Assembly: GCF_001194135.2 (NCBI RefSeq)
Contig: NC_068991.1
Span: 60,618,814-60,651,831 of the forward strand
From: Octopus bimaculoides
Taxonomy: Eukaryota
Direction: 5' to 3'
DNA: 33,018 bases
The translations under genes and the position numbers were made by a program. Below, piece after piece: positions 10,227-23,200 of the stretch. How positions within the stretch are numbered: the first letter of the stretch is position 1; the number at the start of each line of letters is the position of its first letter. The notes below the pieces were generated by a model. That model did no database searches. It saw nothing but the letters and a program-made list of their open reading frames with translations, and was not told the DNA's origin.

Positions 10227-12007
10227 CAAAGGACATACTAAGTATGTCTACCTGCTTGAAATAACAGTCAAAACTTGTTATTAAATTGCCAAAAATACAC
10301 TGGTGATAACTAGAGGAATCAAATGAAGGCAAATTCGGTTAAGACAATCTACTTACATACATTTAAGTATTTGGATTCACGTGTACTAACTAGTTTCTGC
10401 ACTGGAAAAATAAGCCTTAGCTTCTTCAGCACGCATTACCAAGATAAGAGATTCCCAACCTATCGTTCTGAAGTCTGTGCCGCTACTGATTCGTTTTGTG
10501 CCAAAATCACAGCAGCTACCAGTGTAAAATAATCTCGATACAATAATCTCAAGAAAAATAATTTATTAAAATTAACTTACGAAGGTGTCATTAATTCTAT
10601 TATTATCCAATGTAACTATTTTAAATATATATATATATATATATATATCAGGTAAGACCTTCAAACACGGTGAGGCAAGACCTTCGAGCATGGTGAGGCA
10701 AGACCTTCNNNNNNNNNNCTGTCAGGGGTGTAGCCAGCCCACTTATGCGTACCTTTCCTTCATTGGATACTAAACTCCGCTTGCGAAGACCTGTTGAGGC
10801 AAGTGAAATTGAAACCGAACTAAATTCGACGACTGGCACCCCTGCCAATGTTGTCTCCTTCATTGGACATGAAACTCAGCTTGCGAAGACTTATTGGGGC
10901 AAGCGAAAGTGAAATCGGGATGGCACCTGTGCCCAGCGTCGCCTTTCTGGCACTTGTGCCCATGGCATATGTAAGGACTTTCGAGCGAAATCGTTGCCAG
11001 TGCCCCTAGACTGGCTCTTGTGCGGGTGGCACATAAAATACACCATTTTGAGCGTGGCCGTTGCCAGTATCGCCTGATTGGCCTTCTTGCCGGTGACATG
11101 TAAAAACACCTACTACACTCTCTGAGTGGTTGGCGTTAGGAAGGGCATCCAGCTGTAGAAACTCTGCCAAATCAGATTGGAGCCTGGTGTAGCCATCGGG
11201 TTCCACCAGTCCTCAGTCAAATCGTCCAACCCATGCTAGCATGGAAAGCGGACGTAAAACGATGATGATGATGATGATAAAGGTTAGTAGAATTAGAGGT
11301 TGGAATAACTGCCTAAGAGATAAAAATATCCATTATACTACCGGTATAATTACCTATGTTAACCCTGAACATACACACGCAAGCATATCATGCTCATAGA
11401 TGACAAAGATAAATATGAGTTTATCAGGAATCAAATTTAAAGTAAACAGAAAATGGAGAAATATTGATCAACGACAATTGACTACTTTTTAATTCAATAC
11501 AAAGTAACATTTTCTGTTTATTTTAAATTTTATATATATATATATGATGGTAGTCTGTCATAGTCTGAGAAAGATGGTTTGACAATTTCACGCTGAACAA
11601 CCTGCTTCACTCCCTTTCTCTCCTTTTTCTCTAACTCTATCTATATTTCTCCATTGAAGTTATTAACTTCCTTGGTGGAACAACAAGAATAATAATAGTG
11701 ATAATGAAATATTCACCTGAAGAAGAAAAGCAATAGTTGAGTTGTCTTTGTAGCGTTCTTCCCTTGACCGCAGAGATTTCAGCATATACCTGTAGATGTT
11801 GAAGTCCCTTCTAAGACGACCTTCATTGTCTTTACTCTTACACATTTTACATGGACCAGGTACTTGGGCATTAACATTAAGTGGGAACTGGTTTGATGAA
11901 TAAAATTTGTTGCAACTTGCACAGTAATATACTTTCTGGTTCTTTGTCAATGGCGGAAGCTAGAACAGTTAAGAAAAATATTATTATTATTATCACCATC
12001 ATCATCA

Positions 12008-12042
<35 letters not shown>

Positions 12043-12043
12043 T

Positions 12044-12080
<37 letters not shown>

Positions 12081-12541
12081 CATTATTATTATTATTACCT
12101 CCGTCCAACCCATGCTAGCATGGAAAGCGGACTTTAAACGATGATGATGATGACCTCTGCCAAGGAAGGAGGTTATGTTTTTATCAGCGTTGGTTTGTCC
12201 GTCTGTGTGCAAAATAACTCAAAAAGTTGCGACATTAGTTTTTTGAAATTTCATCCCCCTACCCATATTTTTTTTTTTTTCTGTGGCTATCAGTTTCCAA
12301 TTGTTGAAGAAGAACATTAACTATGTTGATCTTATTGATCTCAGAGAACCTGCTGAGACCATGAACACAGCATCAAAACAATATCCATAGCTGAAACAGT
12401 TTTAACAGTTTTGATCATGCATCTGCTGGATCAGGACTGACCTGTAGCTGATCTACAACAACAACAACATTTTCATGATCATCAACCACAACAATATCAT
12501 CATCAAAGTCAAAAGCATCTACATCATGATCATTATCATAC

Positions 12542-12574
<33 letters not shown>

Positions 12575-15252
12575 GGAGGAGACCCCCTTTGGTCATGAAT
12601 GACCATGGGATTGCACCTAGAAAGTTACCCTCCGAGGCACAAGTCTGGGCAAGGTTGTTTATGAAAGTCCAGCAGTCGCCCATGCATAACAGCCTCCCCT
12701 TTCCACACCATGGATGTTATCCAAGGGAAAGGCAAAGGGGCCGATACAGCTTGGCACCTGTGACGTCGCAACTCATTTCTACAGCTGAGTGAACTGGAGC
12801 AACGTGACATAAAGTNNNNNNNNNNATTTCTACAGCTGAGTGAACTGGAGCAACGTGACATAAAGTGTCTTGCTCAAGAACACAACACGCAGCCCGGTCC
12901 AGGAATCGAACTCACAACCTCACGATCGTAAGCTAGATGCTCTAACCACTAAGCCATGCGCTTTCATCATCAACAACGTCAACAACAACAGCAATATCCT
13001 CATCCTCCTGCTCCTCCTCCTCGTTATCATCATCACCATCATCATCATCATCATCATCAACCGCTGCCGCCGTAACAGCTGCCACCACCACCACCACCAG
13101 TAATAAGACTCAAAAGTAAGCTGAATTTGACTCACCGTTGTATATCTGGCAGCTTCTGGGTTAAAGACTGGTGTCTTGATGTACTGTAGAAACAGAGTAG
13201 CAATCCTTTTACGGAGGCCTACCAAACTGTTATTTGACACGCCTCTCATCAGAAGGTCAGCTTCACGGTCAACCAGGCATGTAATCTCGTAACTCAACTT
13301 GCAATCGTGTTCCTGAAACACCATGCATGTGGATATATAGGGGTCAGTATGCAAGATTAGCTGTAAGAAGCTTGCATCCTAATCACATGGTTCTGGGTTC
13401 AGTCCCATTGTGTGGTGCCTTGAGATGAGCAAAGTCTTGCAAGTGGATTTGGTAGGTGGAAACTGGAAAAAAACACACACACATATATAATACATATGTG
13501 TGTGTGTGTGTATGTATTATGCATGCATGTATGTATGTATTTATGATGAGCTTCTGCACAGTTTCCATCTACCAAATCCACTCACAAGGCACTGTTTTCT
13601 CTGGAGGTATAGTAGAAGACACTTGCCCAAAGTGCCACGCATTGGAACTGAACCCAAAACCACATGGTTGCAAAGAAAGCTTCTTAACCACACAGCCCAT
13701 ACCATGTTGAATATCTTACTAAATCTCCCCAATAATTCGACTATTTTCAAAATTAATTCACACAAATAGACAAATGCATTTCATAAGTAATGTTGGTGTC
13801 AAAATTTGGCATAAGGCCAGCAATTCCAGGGGAGTGGATAAGTAAGTTACATCAAACTCCACCAGTATTCAACTGGTAAATATTATATCAAACCTGAAAG
13901 AATGAAAGGCAAAATCAATCCTAGCACAATTTGAACACAGAATGTAAAGACAGACAAAATTCCACTGAGCATTTTGCCCGGTGTGCCAATGGTTTTACCA
14001 GCTTGCCACTCTCTTTTAATTGTTTCAGTCATTTGACTGTGGCCATGCTGGAGCACCGCCTATAGTAGAACAAATCCACCCCAGGACTTATTCTTTGTAA
14101 GCCTAGTACTTATTCTATCGGTCCCTTTTGCCAAACCACTAAGTTACAGGGATGTAAACACACCAGCGTTGGTTGTCAGGCAATGTTGGGGGGACAAACA
14201 CAGACACACAAACATATGCACACACACACATACATACATATATATATATACATATATATATATATACACATATATACGACGGGCTTCTTTCAGTTTCCAT
14301 CTACCAAATCCACTCACAAGGGTTTGGTTGGACTGAGGCTATAGTAGAAGACACTTGCCCATTGCCCCGCAGTGGGACTAAACCAGGAACCATGTGGTTC
14401 GTAAGCAAGCTACTTACCACACAGCCACTCCTACGCCACCTTAGATTATAAATAATACTGTTTTTACCTTTTACTCAGAAGAAAGTGTAAGGGTAAAGAT
14501 GCTCTTTGGTCATGAATAACCATGGGATTGCACCTAGAAAGTTACCCTCTGAAGCACATGTCTGGGGAAGGTTGTTTATGGAAGATCAGCAGTCACCCAT
14601 GCATACCAGCCTCCCTTCTCTACACCACTGATGTTATCCAAGGGAAAAGTAAAGGCCACTACAGCTCGGCACCAGTGACGTCGCAACTCATTCCTACAAC
14701 TGAGTGAACTGGAGCAATGTGAAATAAAGTGTCTTGCTCAAGAACACAGCACACAGCCTAATCTGGGAACCACTCTCACTACCTCATGAGTGAGAGCCCG
14801 ATGTTCTAACCACTGAGCCATGTGCCTTTTAGAAAGAAGGACAATATCTATAACCCTTTATACTTAATCTGACAAAATGTTCCCCAATAAAATTATGATA
14901 AAATGTTTTACTTAAAATATAAAGACTTTGAAACAGTTTTTTGTCTTATCTTAAAACTAGAAGTGGTCTCAGGTAAGTTTGTTTCATAAAGGATTAAGAC
15001 AATCCTTCTATGAATAACACATCTTAATTCTGTTAGCAGCCAAGAAATAACTGAAGCAAGCATACTCACCCTTACTGTATATTTTAACGTCAGCAAAATA
15101 TCGAGTCTTTCATCAAGAGTGAAATTATTTATGATGAGGCTGTTATAGATCTCCTGTAACTCTCTAGCTCGTATTGTATATGGAGTGTCAATGAGTGTCT
15201 TTTGGTTGTCATAGCTAGAGATGATACTTCGCGGAGCAGCAGTCTTTAAAAG

Positions 15253-15298
<46 letters not shown>

Positions 15299-18200
15299 AT
15301 AATAATAATAATAATAATAATGATCATGAGCAGAAGTAGTGGGGAAGCATCATAGCCATGTGTTGAGAGGAATTCTTTGGGGTTTGAATAATTCACCTTT
15401 GGAAACATGGGCGTTTTGCTCAACATCCTTAAACGAACCTTATTCAGGGACCTTTTGAGCGGGATGGGCTACTCGACCTGAAGAAAATTCTAACTGGGCC
15501 CCACCTGCGAGGTCATGCACTGTTTAACTTGATATGAGATCACCATGTCGCGCACATATGGTTGTGATGCATGTGCCTGGTGTACCCTTATCAGACGGGT
15601 AGTCATGATGGGTATACTGGGCTTCGTATATTTTACCCCAGTGTCATTTTGATGGCATGCACTGCTCTCTCACTCAATAATAATAATAATAATAATAATA
15701 ACAGTAGTAGTAGTAGTAATAGTAGTAGTAGAAGAAGAAGATAACCTACCACATCATCTCTGGATGTGTTACACTGGCACCCACAGGGTACTTGCAATGA
15801 CATTACAAGGCAGTCCAGTACACACTCTGGTCAATATGTTGCACCACCATCACTAAGCGAATTGGTGTGAACAGAAACCATCACAAACTGTGCAGAATGT
15901 TGAAGCTACCATTTTTTAGAATTTCGGTGTTCAGACTGATTGGGAAATTCAGGCTAACCAACCACATATCATTGGGGAAAAAAAATTATGTTGGAAAGAT
16001 ATGCCTTTTAACGGATGTTGCAACCCCAGCTAACAAAAAGTTTAAGAAATTGAGTAAATGTAAGGACTTGGAAATAGAAATCAGAAGAATGTGGCATTTC
16101 AAAGCAACAATGTTACCTATTGCTATTGAAAGACTCGGATTGATATCAAAAGGAGTAAACAAAATGCGAAGACCAAATTCTTGGAAGCCCCAAAATAAGT
16201 GAATTGCAAAAGATTATACACATAGAGGTATCTCACAAAATTTAAACAAATTCCTTTCCATGTAAATGGAAGCTCATTCATTTGGTTTTATAAGAATTTA
16301 TAGAGATTTCTTTTTGTTTTCAAATATAAGACACAGGCATCAGTCTTTTCCAATTACATAACTTCATTCTGAATTGTTTGAGAGTAAACTGTACTGATAG
16401 AAACCTATGCAGCTAAACAGCTTGCAAGAAACAGAATTCAAGTTTTCTTCAACTCACACACAGCTGTTGTAAGAAAGAAAGGAACATTGAATAATGTAAC
16501 CCAAGAGATATTACTGCAAAAAAGGAAAGGATGGTCATGACTGGAACCCTTTTGATCAGTCATGAGATTGCTTGGTCAGAGCTATCCTGGAGATGAATAG
16601 TAGCAAGGAAGAAAATATACTGACCTTATTAAGGAAAGACTCTATATTCTTCTCAGCAATAATTTCATCAACAATGGCTTGGTGTCTCCCAATGGCTGCG
16701 AGATGCTCCATTTCTTGATTCAACAACATGTAGAGAGCTGCTTTGCGTTCAGCACCAGTTAAAGTTTCGTTGATCTTGGCAATTTCTTGTAGGCGCCATT
16801 CTGACACAATCCAAATAAATGACCAGACATCAAAGCATGAATATCAATAGAAAGATTTTTTTAAACATTACTTTCCCAACAATTTCCTTTGTAAGTTTGA
16901 ATTTTTATTTGATTATTTTTTTAAAAATAGTTACAGTTGGAGTGAGCTTAAATCTACATTTATGTAAACTATTTTTTGATTTGATTTATAACTATGTATA
17001 CTCTGTTGGATGTGCAATCTAAATGTACATGAACAATGAAGTACAAAAGAGTTGAGAGAAAAACGATATGAAACGAGTCAGATGTAGTGTGCAAGAAAGA
17101 AGATGCACAGGGGTGGACTTGATGTACATAGATGAAGAAAGCCGTATAAAAAAAGTAGTAAACATTTATCATGGATGAAGTTTGTTGAAGAAGAAGATCC
17201 AAGAAACATGGGTTAAGGCTGATCTCAGGATCCTGATCTTCAAGGAAGTGATGACAAAAGATTGGGATTAAAGGTGATCATCATCATCATCATCATCGTT
17301 TAACGTCCACTTTCCATGCTAGCATGGGTTGGACGATTTGACTGAGGACTGGTGAAACCAGATGGCTACACCAGGCTCCAATCTGATTTGGCAGAGTTTC
17401 TACAGCTGGATGCCCTTCCTAACGCAACACTCAGAGAGTGTAGTGGGTGCTTTTACGTGCCACCGGCACGAAGGCCAGTCAGGCGGTACTGGCAACGGCC
17501 ACGCTCAAAATGGTGTATTTTATGTGCCACCCGCACAAGAGCCAGTCCAGGGGCACTGGCAACGATCTCGCTGTGCCTTAAAAAGACTCACCCATCTCAG
17601 CAAAACTGAGTATCATAAGTGTGTATGTGAATGTATGTGTATTGTGTGTATATGTGTGTGTGTGTTTGTGTGTCACACATACATACAAATCTCTTGACAT
17701 AAATAAGAATTGTGACTCACTTTCAAGCGCGTCATATAATGTATGGAAATCTTTCCTGCTGCGAGGACATTGTCGACGCAGGAACTCAGCCTTAATTCTA
17801 TTTTCTTTCTCCTGTTGTCTTTTCAAAGCTTCCTCTTTTTCAAACTGTAATCTTGCTTCTTTCTGTTTTCTGATTTTCATTACATACTTCCAGGCAAGGT
17901 ACCGACGTAAATATGTCTGCAGTACAATCACCTTGAATAGAAACCAGATCAAATGAGCTAATCAGAGAGAACTTCAACATGTTTCTTATTTTTTTAAAAA
18001 ATTTCTGGCTGGCTTCAGTCATTGGATTGCAGCCAGGTGTGACACCGCCTTAAACAGTTTAGTCAAACACATCAACCCCAATACTTATTTTACTGATACT
18101 TATTCTAACAGTCTCTCAATATCCAAACCGCTAAGTTACAGGGACAGAAACAAACCAACACCGGTTGTCAAACAGTAGGCAGGGACAAACACAAAGCAAC

Positions 18201-19299
18201 ACACATACACACACATGTACATGCACACACATATGTATGCTATAGGCTTCCACACAGTTTCCACCTACTGAATTCACTAACAAGGCATTGATCATCTTGG
18301 GGATACAGTAGAAGACAGCTGCCCAAGATGTTGTGCAGTGGAATTGAACCCAAAACCATGTACTTGCAAGTGAGCTTTATAGCCACACTTTAACTATTCA
18401 ACATTACCACCAATTTTTCTTCTGTGAAGCAAAAAGTTACCAACACTGAAACATAACTATGGAAAAGACTTAACCTTTAAACTTAGAAAACAATTGAAAA
18501 CAACAAATGTATCTTTTATCTTTATCTTTTACTTTTTTCAGTCATTAGACCATGGCCATACTGGGGTACCACCTTGAAGAATTTTTGATTGAACAAATCA
18601 ACCCCAGTACTTTTTTTAAAGCCTGGTACTTGTTCTATCAGTTATTTTTGCTGAACTGCTTAGCTATGAGGACATAAACAAGCTACCACCTGTTGTATGG
18701 GACAGACATAAAAACACACAGATACACACACGCACACACACACACACATGCATACACACACACATATACACACGCACGCGCGCGCACACACACACACACA
18801 CACCATCAGTAGTTCATATATCTGAAAAAGAAGCACACTCTAAAACATTAGAGCAGTAATATATTTTTTTAAGGAGTTGATTGCTATAGCTAGTCAGATG
18901 AAGGCATTGACTAACTACTTCTTTCCTGGGGTTTAAAAAGGTCTTCAGGTCAAGCGAGTTTTTTAGGTTCCTTGCCCTCCTCTAAGGCATTTCCTGCTAG
19001 AAGCTTGAAATTGCCCATTTATTGAAGAGAACCTTGACAGCATCTTCAAAAAATCACCATGGCTGGAACCTACGTAAGGGAAATAACCCCAGCTCACATG
19101 TTAACACTGCCTGCATGGCTAATCCAGGTGTATATTTTTTGTTTACAAAACTAGCTGATCATGACATATTCCTCCCTCCAGTTGTAGAGAGGTTATGTGC
19201 CTTCAGTGATTTGAGTCTGACGAGTCACCTATGTGGCTAAGCACTTTACAGGTGCAAAAAACCAATGGTCACTCTCTGACCAACCATAACAATTTCTAA

Positions 19300-19337
<38 letters not shown>

Positions 19338-20153
19338 TACAAGCTTCTTTCAGTTTTCATCAACCAAATCCATTCAGAAGGTTTTGGTCAACCTGAGGCT
19401 ACAGTAAAAGACACTTGCCCAAGGTGGGACTGAACCTGGAACCATGTGGTTGGGGAGCAAACTGCTTACAACACAGCCAAGCCTGCACCTACATGCAAAA
19501 ATAAATTGGTTAAAAGAAAAAAAAAAAGAAAAGAAAGTAAAAAATTTAAAGTACAAAAGATTAAATTATTGAAAAAAAAAAAACAAAAAACAATTAGATT
19601 TACTTCAACAAGGAAAAAAACGGAAAAGAAATAGTAAGAAAATACCTTTTCAAGCCTCACATCTTCTTTTTCCTTTGAGGTTATATATTTACCAGGAGTG
19701 TGAAGTCTGTTTTCTGCTACAGACACATAACAACCAATTTTCGTCATCTGTGTTGATGTATCTTGAGGGGTTTGCATCTTTTGGTTGGACAATTGTTTTG
19801 TTTGAGTGTCTCGAGTGAATAGTGTCTTTTTAGGCCAGTGTAGTGGGACAGGTTTGGTCTGGCTTGAGGCGTTATGATACTCTGCACGACTGGTTTTGTG
19901 TCGAAAACCTCCGAGGAATGGTTTCGTTCTGGCTGGTTGTAGTACTTCCACTGCTACTTGTTTTCCTTCTCCTTTTTCTGCAGCAATATGAGCAACATTT
20001 TATAATGTATCAAAGGAATTAATATTAAAAATTTATTTCAACTGCATGAAATATCAGAGTAGGATAATAAGAGACAGTGATGTTCATACTTTTCCTTAGG
20101 CTTTACTGAAACAATTGAAGTAATTCCAACCTACCAGCACCACCACCACCACG

Positions 20154-20206
<53 letters not shown>

Positions 20207-23200
20207 AGAATAAGTACCAGACTTAAAAACAGAATAACTATTAGGGTAGATTTGCTTGAGTAAAACCTTTAAAGGTGGTGCCCCAGCATGGCCACAGTCC
20301 AATGTTTAAAACAAGTAAAAGATAAAATGTGTGTGTGTGTGTTTGTTTGTGAGCTTGTCACCCCACCACTGCTTGAAAATTGGTGTTTGTTTGTTTACAT
20401 CCCTATAACCTAGTGGTTTGACAAAAAGACTAATAAAATAAGTACCAAACTTAAAACGAAAACAAAAATACTAGATATAATTGTTTCTAATTATTTTTTT
20501 TCTGATGCCACTACATCAAGTCTGCCAAAAATATAAACTGCAAGATATTCTGAAATACACCTTCTCCTCGACTTATGACCTATGCAACTTTTGACCATCC
20601 ACACTTATGACCACAAAAAATTTTTAAAATAAATAAAAAATCAATTTTTGGATGTCGGACAGCTGCGCGTATGATAACTATAGCAGCATCTGGCAACGCA
20701 GGCCTCCCTAAGACTCAGGCAACCACTGCCTGCCATTTCCTCTCACTCAGTCACTTTCAAGCACTAGTTGCATGAATGAAAATATTGTTGAAAAATATAA
20801 ACCCAACATACGACCAGATCGACTTATGACCTGTCAGTTGGAATGGAACTTGGTCTTAAGTCGAGGAGAAGGTGTACTGATAAAAACTCCAGGGTCTCTA
20901 CTTACTGTTAATGACGCTGATAGTGAGAATGTCTGGTATATAAGACTCTCGTTGGAAAGGTTTTAAAGGAAAGTGCTCAGGATCTCTGGACTCTAGTTCA
21001 AAATCAATTGTTTCATTTCGTTTGGCACCTAGCTCAATCAACTGTGTGTTATCCATTTGTATTTCACCTAAAAATAAACAGAAGAAATAGTGTGAGATTC
21101 CACAGCCATTCAAGCATTCATTCAATTTCTTATCTTATATCTATCTACATGTTGTTTTGTTATTGCTGATAAGCCTTAAGTCAGCTGTGATCAAGGGGAT
21201 TTATGTTCAAAAGCATTCTGTATGTAACCATTCCATATTTTTAGAGCATATACACTAAGGGACATGATCAAGAAGTTAAGGTCAAGCAACTGACAAATAA
21301 ATTTGTGGTATTGAGCAGAATATTTGTTATAAAGATATTTCTGCTTCAGCAACTCAGTGCTGAATCTGTTCGAAATGTAATGGAAAATAGATCAGTTTCA
21401 AAACATTGATGTCCAGATTACAAAAGCAAAATTTGAAGGGAACAGTAGTTATTTCCTTTGATTTCTAGAAAGAATCAAATAGGAAGTAACACTTACAAAC
21501 CAAAGGCGAAAAAAAAAAAAAGAAAAGAAAAATTTTGTTACACAGTGTAATCAATATAAACATGCAAAAGATGATTGTGAAAGAGTGTATCAGTGACATA
21601 TATATATAGGTATTTACAGGAAATAATGTAACAAACTATTAATGACCTACCATTGAATTTGATTTTAAGGACAACAGGTTCAATTTTCATTCTTCTCCAA
21701 AACCGCTCTTTAACCTTCCTTATAGTCTCTCCAAGTGTACAGGTTATAGTGACCATTTCCTCTTGAGGCAGAAGTAAGACCTTTACTAATGAAGAAGAGA
21801 AAATTAATTTTTCAGAAATGGAAATGATGATCATGTCAGATGTTATAATATATATTACAAACTGGCATGATAATTACCATTTAGATATTTAAAATAAGAC
21901 ATAGATGTTATATCAATGATAAATTATGATGGTGATGATGAAGATGATGCTGTACATGGAACCAAGTGGTTGAGAAGCAATCTTCTTACCACACAGTCAC
22001 AATGCACCTATGGAAAAAAATATAGAACATTTCATGAATTTGTGTGTCATCCTTGTGCAGAGGCCATGCTAATCTTCCTTGTGTTGTTCCAATTTTTAGA
22101 ATATGTACTGCAGAATGTGATAGATTCTCTTAGCATGAACAGCAAATGAGGGTTCAGTAAAATAAAGTGGTAATCATGTTCTATGGACATGCATGTGTCT
22201 CTTGAGGCCTGCTGGTGCCTTGCAAAGCTTTTGGTAAATGGAAGAAGTTGAGGACTCAGCTTTAGTGCTTATGGATTATTTACTATGTGTTTTCTTGAGT
22301 GGACAGCAAGGCCCACTTTGCTCTGTCCCACAAAATCACAATGACAAGTAAGGTTTTCATTATAGGAGCAGCATGCCTTCATGCTTGCATGAAGTTGATC
22401 CCAATGCTGGAGTCAACTTTGCTCAAATCTTTGAACTGAGGTGAAGAAGGTCTGGTACCAGGTCCTGTAATCTGATGCCTTATTTTTGCAGAATAAAAAG
22501 AGAATGTAGCATCACTTCAGATTTTCTTTTAGTTTGTCTTTGAAGCACAAGAGTGGCCTTCCAACCGATCTTTGTGTTATATTTAATGATACAGGGATGG
22601 AACACTTACTTTAAGGATTCTGAGTTTCTGTGCAAACAATTCATCAGCTTGTGCAAGGGTAATGCATACATACTGCATGAATTACACTTGCAAAAAAGCT
22701 AAAGAAGTACAACATTCACTGAATTGTTTGCACAGAAACTCAGAATTCTGAAAGTAAGTGTTCCATACATGTATCATTTAATAAATTTAGTCCTCCATTT
22801 CCAATAATATTGAGGTGTAATTCTGTTGTTGTTACACATGGCTGGTTGATATGTGCGTGCATGTGTGTGTGTGTGTGTGTGTGTGCATGCATGCATGCTC
22901 AACGAAATAGCTATGTAGTAAAGTTCACTTCCCAACCATGTACTTTCAAGTTCAGTCCCACTACATGACACATTTGGTATGCGTCTCCTCTTATAGTACC
23001 ATGCCAGACTGACCAACCTTGTGAATGGATTTGTTGTCTACCAAATTCACTCACAAGGCCTTGCCCAGCCCAAGGCTATAGCAGTAGACATTTGCCCAAA
23101 GTGCTATGCAGAAGGACTGAACCGAGAACCATGTGGTTGGAAAGCAAGCTTCTTACCACACAGCCACATGTTATGTACACACACACACACACACACACAA

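Noticed and set aside
12900-12965. tRNA-like A/B-box sequences (also at ~26100-26155 and ~14390-14435)
   Set aside because: These are SINE heads continuing into SINE bodies; no complete cloverleaf.
11881-13103. ORFs with poly-I, poly-D, poly-M or poly-H tracts
   Set aside because: Translations of triplet microsatellites; no splice or homology support.
18890-19280. Non-microsatellite block, possibly a LINE remnant
   Set aside because: No convincing motif recovered in any frame; left unannotated.
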